Below are positions 56,428 to 64,000 of a stretch of DNA of 64,000 nucleotides, in pieces; positions within the stretch are counted from its first letter, which is position 1, and the number at the start of each line of letters is the position of its first letter. The DNA comes from Octopus vulgaris (taxonomy: Eukaryota). The notes under the pieces are model-generated. The model worked only from the letters and a program-made list of their open reading frames with translations, ran no database searches and was not told the DNA's origin. The position numbers were made by a program, and so were the translations under genes. Location of the stretch: the NCBI GenBank assembly GCA_951406725.2, contig OX597818.1, positions 50,840,001 through 50,904,000 of the forward strand. Direction: 5' to 3'.

Positions 56428-56711
56428 TTGCAGCGTGGAAGGTGTTTATAATAAGCCATTTAAGAAACACACAAAAACCGTTAGATTCACTTCAACATTT
56501 AAATTTAATTTATCAAAACATTTTCGTCGCTTTGAGACCGCGACCTGTTCACTGACAAAATTCCGTGCTGCATCTTCGAAGTTTTGTCAGTGAACAGGTC
56601 GCGGTCTCAAAGCGACGAAAATATTTTGACAAATTAAATTTAAATGTTGAAGTGAATCTAACGGTTTTTGTGTGTTTCTTAAATGGCTTATAAACACCTT
56701 CCACGCTGCAA
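56428..56711. mobile_element. Near-perfect fold-back element (about 130-bp arms, 21-nt spacer) with a G3-C8 hammerhead in each arm
   Basis: TTGCAGCGTGGAAGG...CACTGACAAAA / TTTTGTCAGTG...CCTTCCACGCTGCAA. Confidence 0.8.
56583..56633 (+). ncRNA. Minimal hammerhead motif with compensatory G3-C8 core
   Basis: TTTGTCA-GTGAACA-G-GTCGC ggtctcaaa GCGAC-GAAA-ATAT-TT-TGACAAA: 7-bp stem I, 5-bp stem II, palindromic stem III. Confidence 0.65.
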
Positions 56712-57026
56712 GTCCTTTTTGAGCGACACATTTTCCATTTGAGTCAATACAGAATTACAGATAGTATTTATGGAGTGTTGATTTACTGTCGGGTGACTTC
56801 TGGTCAACCCTGTATAAAGAGTAAATTCCCGTCATACAAAAAATATTAGCAAAATGAACCACTAGAATCGAACCGTGAATCTGCCGAAGGCGGCGCAGCA
56901 CTGATGTCAACACAGTAAAGAGATTCGTTGACTTTTAAACCGAGAAATTAAAAATTGCACTTAATGTACTTCGTAGATAGATTTATTGCCAATCTCCATG
57001 CTTCAAAATATGTGTAGAACTTCCCT

Positions 57027-57074
<48 letters not shown>

Positions 57075-57704
57075 TGTGTGTGTGTCTGTCTGTCTGTCTG
57101 TATGTCTGTTTCTCTGTTCTGTCTGCTTCTCTGTGTACTGTGCGTGAATGTATGCACGTATCTTTCTATGTATGCATCCATGCATCTGTACGTACACATC
57201 CATACTTATATGAAAGGTTAGATAGAAGTTAGGCTGCTATTCATTTAGACAATACAACGAACCTTCATATCTGCATCATTAATGAATCTCTCTATACAAA
57301 ATCAATTAAGTCAATAACGAAGAACATCATTTGTATGGAATATTGTAAATAAATGACATTAGTTTTGGATTATCATATTACGTATTACATATTGGCTTCC
57401 ATTATAATAAAACTTATGATCATTATGATTAGAATGTCCATCGTGGGCGGCAGAGATCATCAGATCAATCATTAGCAAGCACTTGCTTTATGCAATATGG
57501 CTTCTATTTCTAGCTGGATTTAAAATGTGCTCAAAGTCACTTATATGATCCATGGAAGCTATTGTATAACTAATGTAAGACCGACAGTAAAATAATTACC
57601 AGCGACGACATTACTTCCACAAGTACGAACGTTGTAGGACTTTAATCAAAAGATACGGTCTAGTTTAGAATCCGGTTGATCGAGGCAGACACATTAACAT
57701 CATT

Positions 57705-58139
57705 GGGATCTTTTCGGTTTGACAGGCAGTTTTTAACATAATTTCTAGGTAACTAAAAAATTTTAAACTTCGTATACTGGTAGAATGTGTTTATAAAACA
57801 TGTTTTTCTCTTGGCTTTATTGAGAAAATTCTATAGTTTGTAAGATATTTGTTGTCTTTTTTCTTCAATTTCTGCAACTTCAACCAATCAGTGACGTCTA
57901 TTGAGGTAAAAAAAACATTCTGTGCCGTATGAATATGTCCCTCATTTAAGAAACAGATTGGGTTTATTTACATTTGTGAAGAAAAAAGATACCCTTCCCC
58001 CACCCCTAACCCTAACCCTAACTAACCCTAACCCTAAAACAGATTGAAATGCAATAGATCGATACTAGGGTCATAATTATGGGTGACAATTTCATATGAC
58101 ACCGCTAGAAAAAACTGCCGTTCAAACCGAAAAGATCCC
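57705..58139. mobile_element. Non-autonomous DNA transposon (MITE) with 6-bp TSD and internal (CCCTAA)n
   Basis: TIRs GGGATCTTTTCGGTTTGA..GGCAGTTTTT / AAAAACTGCCGTTCAAACCGAAAAGATCCC; TSD ATCATT (57699-57704, 58140-58145). Confidence 0.9.
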
Positions 58140-58567
58140 ATCATTGAAACCTAAGTTAACACACACAACATCGCTTCACTCTTCTTTTTCAACTATTCCT
58201 AGAACGGTCTCTGCTCCTAAGATATGGTTAATTGCATACCACTCCACCCGTGCCCACTCATCTCTGCCCCTCTCCTTATCCTTTTATGAAGCTTCCTTAC
58301 CTTCCATATAAACCCTTATGTAACCCCCTACACTATGTCTGCCTTCTTCAGGACAACAACTATCTAGAATTTCCTTCTAACCCCCACATTTTCCCCTTAA
58401 CGTCAACTGAACATAAACCAATTCGGTTTTATCAGTTTCGAAGGGAGAGTATGAGATGGCCATCGTCTCTTCTTCCTGGCTTAAACCATAAAAAACAAAT
58501 ATCAAATAAAAGATTTCATTTGTGTAACGCAGACGTAAAAATTTTTTCATCAGAAAGAAAATTAAAT

Positions 58568-58980
58568 AGGCCTAGGAGTGGCTGTGTGGTAAGTAGCTTG
58601 CATGACAACCACACGGTTCCGGGTTCAGTTCCACTGCGTGGTACCTTGGGCAAGTGCCTTCTACAATAGCCTTCTACTGTAGCCTCGAGCCGACCAAAGC
58701 CTTGTGAGTGGATTTGGTAGACGGAAACTGAAAGAAGCCCGTCGTATATATGTATATATATATGTGTGTGTGTATGTGTGTGTATGTTAGTGTGTCTGTG
58801 TTTGTACCCCCAACCAATGCTGCTGTCTTTACGTTCGTAACTTAGCGGTTCAGCAAAAGAAACCGATAGAATAAGTACTAGGCTTACAAAGAATAAGTCC
58901 TGGGGTCGATTTGCTCGACTAAAAGGCGGTGCTGCGGCATGGCCACAGTCAAAATGACTGAAACAAGTAAAAGAGAGTAA
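58568..58980 (+). mobile_element. SINE family B
   Basis: Family consensus match with a short internal duplication (CCTTCTAC..TAGC). Confidence 0.85.
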
Positions 58981-59627
58981 GCTTTTACGTTCTTATTTGG
59001 TTATTACATACAACTATCCGCTTATGTTTTTCAATTTGATAATTTAAACGTTTTTCAATTTATACTGTTTCCTTCCGGAGAGAAGTTTGCATAAAGTTGA
59101 GAGACCCTTTCGGTATTGCCAATCAGTCGAAACCATTTTGTTTTAGTTATGCCGCTAATGCTCTTGCGAAAGACGTTGCCAAAATAGAATTTCCGGTCTA
59201 CTTGGAAAATGTCAAGCTTCGTGATATTAACGAAATTATTTGGGTCTGCTAAATCAAACTTATTTGAGTCAATTTACTTCAATTATGTTCTTAATTCAAA
59301 TTTTCTTGTCTTTTCCTCTATTTCTTCGCCAAGGAAATGAGTGCCAGTCAGGAACCGAGGCTGGTTTGATAGAATATTTACTTTCCTTGTAAATGTGTGG
59401 CTTTGGTCATCTAGATTACTACTGTAAGATAGTTGTTGCTCTTGTTGTTCTTGATGCTGCTGCTTTTGTGGTGGTGGTGGTGGTGGTGGTGGTGGTGCTA
59501 GTGATGGTGGTGCTGGTGGTGGTGCTGCTGGTGGTAGTGGTTTCGTCCAAGGAAAAAGCGGAGAATTGGCAGCACTGTTAGGATCTTGAATTGAATTTTC
59601 CGCAGTAATTGTTCTGACTTTCTACAC

Positions 59628-60449
59628 CAGCGTTCTAGGGTTCTGCAAAAGGTTCCTAGGGGTTCCACGAAAAAGAGTGAGATAAGCTAATGCTAATTTC
59701 ATAATCGTAATATTACTATACATGCACAACATATTATTGGCTGTTGTAATTTAGACATCATCCTATTTAACCTATTATGTTATCAAAAGAATACAACAAT
59801 CATTGGTGATATATATATATATCCTTTATTTTCTCTCTTTCTTTCTTTCTGAATTCCTTTCTGTGGAAGAGCGTAGGCTCGAAACGTTAAAGACTTTTTC
59901 ACTTCCCGAGCGTTAAACTAATACATCTGTTTGTTGTCTATACCACCTGTCTTCGTCTTTTGTTTTTTTTTGTGAATTCTCCCTATATATATATATATAT
60001 ATAGTAATGTTTATATTCCAACATAACGTGGCAGTCCTGTAAAGGACAATGTTACTGTTGCTCTTCTCGACATACATATATATATATACATATATATATG
60101 TATATTCCAAAACAAAAACGAAGAAAAAGCAGAAGAAAAAACAACAAGGCGAGGACGTGGTACATGCGAAGTATTAACAGACGCTCAGGGAAGGAAAGAA
60201 AGGTAGTTTTACGTTTCGAGCAAAGTTCTTCTTCAGAAACAGGAGACAGAGGAAAGAGCAAGAGAAAAAGAAGACGGAGTGGGAAAAAATCGCTAACGAT
60301 CGACATGTGGTTACATTAGATTACATATATGTAAGATATTTACTGCGTGAACTACGATGAAAAGAAATATGAGAAAGATATGGCGTGTAATTTCTTTTAT
60401 TTAATTTATTTTAAGGGTTACGCAAGGGTAAAACGTTTGAGAAACACTG
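59628..60449. mobile_element. Old hAT-type MITE with nested insertions, itself inside a decayed family A SINE
   Basis: CAGCGTTCT...GAGAAACACTG termini; TSD TTCTACAC / CTCTACAC; GGGTTC subterminal motifs as in the 9088 element. Confidence 0.65.
60206..60240 (-). ncRNA. Minimal hammerhead motif, canonical core
   Basis: GTTT-CTGAAGA-A-GAAC ttt GCTC-GAAA-CG-TA-AAAC; one mismatch in stem II. Confidence 0.55.
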
Positions 60450-61711
60450 CTCTACACTCTAAGTTCAAATTATGCCGAGGTTAATACAGCGTTTCGGATT
60501 CGATAAGAAAGTATCTGCCAAAGGAGGTCGGTTGGTAGAACTGTTAGAAGATCGGCAAAGACGTCTTTGCGGTCTAAAAGCAGCACCTGCAATGCCACTG
60601 ACACTAATACCAATCTGTCTGTTTTACTCTTGGATAAACATCAGTGTCCAGTAGAGGGATGTCTCGCCAGCCTTCTTGAAGACGCTTAGTAATCCATCAG
60701 TGCCTGTAGGTCTACGTGATGGCAGGCGGAAGTTAAAGACTTCTTAGAAAGTAAGAACTCACAAATTAATATAAAATATCGTGGCGACAAGAAAATAATG
60801 GGGGAAAAAAATTCAGTCGTTTAATCCTTAGTAATCTTGTTCTTGATCTTTAGCAAATCTCATGGATTGAAGCTGTTGCTAGGGAACTTACACCTTGGTT
60901 TCAAATAATATGGATCGATATTTTCATAACATCGCCGATAAGAAAATTCATAACTGCAACACCAGAAAATCATGATTTTTATAATATGGAAGTATTTGCC
61001 ATCGGCGACGCACATTAATTCATGAGATTGCCTTTTACAGTATTAACAGTTATTCAACAAAGAAGCTTCTAACTGTCCGTGATCAAATATTCATCTTCTA
61101 AAGCTCTCTCTTAACAAAATAATAGTTCCAGCCACCGGGGCTTGCTCAAAGCTAATTACCGTAGTTGTATTGTATTTGTCTGCCGACAGATTTTCTTTAA
61201 CATTTCCATACAGTATTTCGTTTGCAAATGTCTGTCTTTATTTCAAATATTGTTCTATTATATTTTTTTTCCAAATAAATAAATAAAACTTCTTGTTTGG
61301 TTGGTTTCGTTTGGAAGCAGTAGTACGTGATACATCGAATAACAAACTAGTAAGACTTCGTCTGTAACAACTTCCGGTTCTAAGTGGTTGCACAGTTACA
61401 TTAGATAAATCAGATAACGATGTACTTTTTGTTGAAATATGTTCCAGACGGTCTCTCTCCGCCGACAAAGATGTCACACTCAGTAACTCAGGCCGCCGTT
61501 GTTAACTCAACAATGATTGTTTGCTTTGCCTGGCTACTTATCTCACAGTTTATCTCCTATCTGAAGGGATGCCTAAGAAATTACTAGCATAAAAATATAA
61601 AACATATTTGGACAAATTTATATACGTATTTGTAATTAACAAATACACATACATACATACATACATACATACATACATACATACATACATACATACATAC
61701 ATACATACATA

Positions 61712-62290
61712 CAAAGGAAGATTATGCATGGATATGTTAGTAGAAACCTCCGAGATGATAGTAACATTGGTCATCAAAGCAGTCTATCACGGACCAATAA
61801 CTGGATTACTGCCTCTCACTTTGAAGAGTATGCGTTTGCAATCCAGGAACAGGAAATATGAACCAAGTACCTGATGCACAAAAGGAAAAGAGATACAGGA
61901 AAAGCAGTAAAATGTGACAACTGATGCAGTCTTTGTGGAGTTAACAACGAAGATATCACCCACATCATAAGCTGCCGTCCGAAAATGTCATCATGGTATT
62001 GTCTACCGATGAAACATGATGTTGTAGCTAGGACACTCTATAATGAAATCCGTCGGATGTATAACCTCGAGAACAAAGACATAAGACCCCACAGTATGGT
62101 AGAAGCCATAGCCACTCATAATAAAAAAGAATACTGGTGGAATGTCCCAGTGAAGACCTCAATAAAATGCAAAGCACAACAGACCTGATATAATGATTTG
62201 GGATTGGGAAGAGAAACTATGTACAGTTGTGGAAATTAGCCGATTAGCGGTAATTAACATAAAGCTGAAGGTCAGTGAAAAAGAGAGCTA
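61712..62290 (+). pseudogene. Decayed RLE-type LINE fragment (CCHC knuckle and endonuclease region) beginning at (ATAC)n
   Basis: CSLCGVNNEDITHIISC, KHDVVARTLYNEI, EYWWNVPVKT, DIMIWDWEEKLCTVVEIS. Confidence 0.75.
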
Positions 62291-62619
62291 TTATATATAT
62301 ATAGGTTGCGCTTCCTTTAGTTTCCGTCTATCAAATCCATACACAACGCTTTGGTCGCTCCGGGGCTATAGTAGAAGACACTCATCCAAGATGCCACGCT
62401 GTGAGTCTGAACCCGGAACCATGAGGCTGGGAAACAGAACTTCTTACCACACAGCAACGTATGCGTGTGAAGATGTGTGGGTGGAATAGATCTGATCTTT
62501 GCAGAATGCCATAAAGTATTCTTCAGTAGCATGCAAACAATATGTTAAAATGACACACAATTAGATTAAAAATATATACGCATATATTTGTGTGTATAAA
62601 ATAGACTGATTGAATGTTT

Positions 62620-62699
<80 letters not shown>

Positions 62700-62754
62700 A
62701 CGCATAAATACAAATACGTATACAAACAGACAGGGTTTTTTTAATTCCTTACAT

Positions 62755-62950
62755 TATTGGTTTCAAATTTTGGTACAAAGTCAACAATTTCGGGAGAAAC
62801 CCTAGTGCTAATCTGGCACTTATTTTATCGACCCCGATAGGATGAAAGGCAAAGTCAACCTCGGTGAAATTTGATCTCAGAACGTAAAGACGGACGAAAT
62901 GCCGCTAAGCAATTTTACCGGTATGCTAACGATTCCGCCAGCTCGTCGCA
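62755..62950 (-). mobile_element. SINE family A monomer
   Basis: Reverse-complement family A body and head. Confidence 0.7.
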
Positions 62951-63100
62951 TTTATTCTTTTCGCCATTAAGAAATATATTACTTCACAAGTAATATATTC
63001 ACTACAAGTCAGAGTTTTTGTTTCATTTTCCTTCTTTTCAAGCTAAAGCAGTATCAGGATTTGAAATCGATACTTCGTGATAACGAATGATTGTTATCTA

Positions 63101-63665
63101 TTGGGTTGTCCGGAAAGTTCTGCCGATTTTTAAAGGAAAGAAAAAGGCCAATAAATACTTGCCATTATATTTTTAATCAACCAAATATCAACCATTTTGT
63201 TGCACAATGCGTTTCCATCTTTCCTTTAGCTTGAAAATACCCTCTTCCCAGAATTGAGGTGGTTTCATGGCAAACAATTCATCAAGGTATCTTTTTACGT
63301 CATCCAAGGAATTGAAATTTTTACCATTAAGACTATTCTGTAGAGACCTGAATAAGTGGAAATCCGAAGGATCAATATCTGGTAAATATGGAGGGTGGGG
63401 TAACACATTCCAGCCGAGCTGCAGCAATTTTTGCTTGGTTCCCAAAGCATCAAGTGCCTAAAATGAACTTTCTTATCTTCCATTTTAAAGGGTTACAGAA
63501 TTAACATAGGTTATAGGAACATAAACCTTCTTCTACGAAAAGATAGCTTAAACTGTGCTCTAAATGGAAGTGTTGTCAAATCCTATTTTATGGACTCAAC
63601 CATGTTCTAGAATAAGTCGAAAGATAAGCTACTATAAATCGGCATGAACTTTCCGGACAACACAA
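63101..63665 (-). mobile_element. Internally deleted mariner transposon
   Basis: TIRs TTGGGTTGTCCGGAAAGTTC..GCCGATTT / AAATCGGCATGAACTTTCCGGACAACACAA with TA flanks; LGWNVLPHPPYLPDIDPSDFHLFRSLQNSL (YSPDLAPSD-like motif); N-terminal MEDKKVHFRHLMLWE. Confidence 0.9.
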
Positions 63666-63920
63666 TATATAGAACACTTACCACATACGATATTAATTGT
63701 AGTTGGATGTTCTTAGCCAGCAGAAATGAAGTGATTTGATATTAGAAATAAAGTATTACTAATAACATAATACAAACGGACGAGTGTGTGAGTGCGTGTG
63801 TGTGTGTGTGTATGTACACTTACACATGCATACCAAAACACATAGACAATCGCACGCACGTCTGTATGCACCTAAATACATACATACATACATACATACA
63901 TACATACATACATACATACA

Positions 63921-63952
<32 letters not shown>

Positions 63953-64000
63953 CGTAGGCACTCAAGCATGCTTTGATATATTCATACAAATCTATGGAAG

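Noticed and set aside
58004-58037. Telomere or chromosome end
   Set aside because: Only about five units, internal to a TIR element with TSD

Overview
AT-rich eukaryotic genomic DNA, intergenic or deep intronic, with no supportable host protein-coding exon. The SINE repertoire and microsatellite load resemble an octopus (coleoid cephalopod) genome; this is recognition from memory, not a database result. The window is dominated by (TA)n, (CA)n, (ATAC)n, (AAT)n and (TAG)n microsatellites and by three tRNA-derived SINE families, here called A, B and C, with dozens of copies. It also holds decayed RLE-type (R4/Dong-like) LINE fragments, Tc1/mariner remnants, hAT and other MITEs, and one Helitron-like element. 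The most striking signal is a set of about seven unrelated short repeat families, probably Penelope-like pLTR or retrozyme-type remnants. Each carries a minimal type-I hammerhead ribozyme fold with a palindromic stem III, and they often sit in fold-back inverted repeats and in or near (TA)n tracts. Besides canonical C3-G8 cores (35548, 40124, 10766, 60206), two families carry compensatory G3-C8 (56583) or U3-A8 (55167, 31115) cores that preserve the catalytic 3-8 base pair. Other notable points are a modular SINE with interchangeable 3' tails and several inverted duplications that copied neighbouring unique DNA. All folds were read by eye and coordinates of degenerate repeats are approximate.
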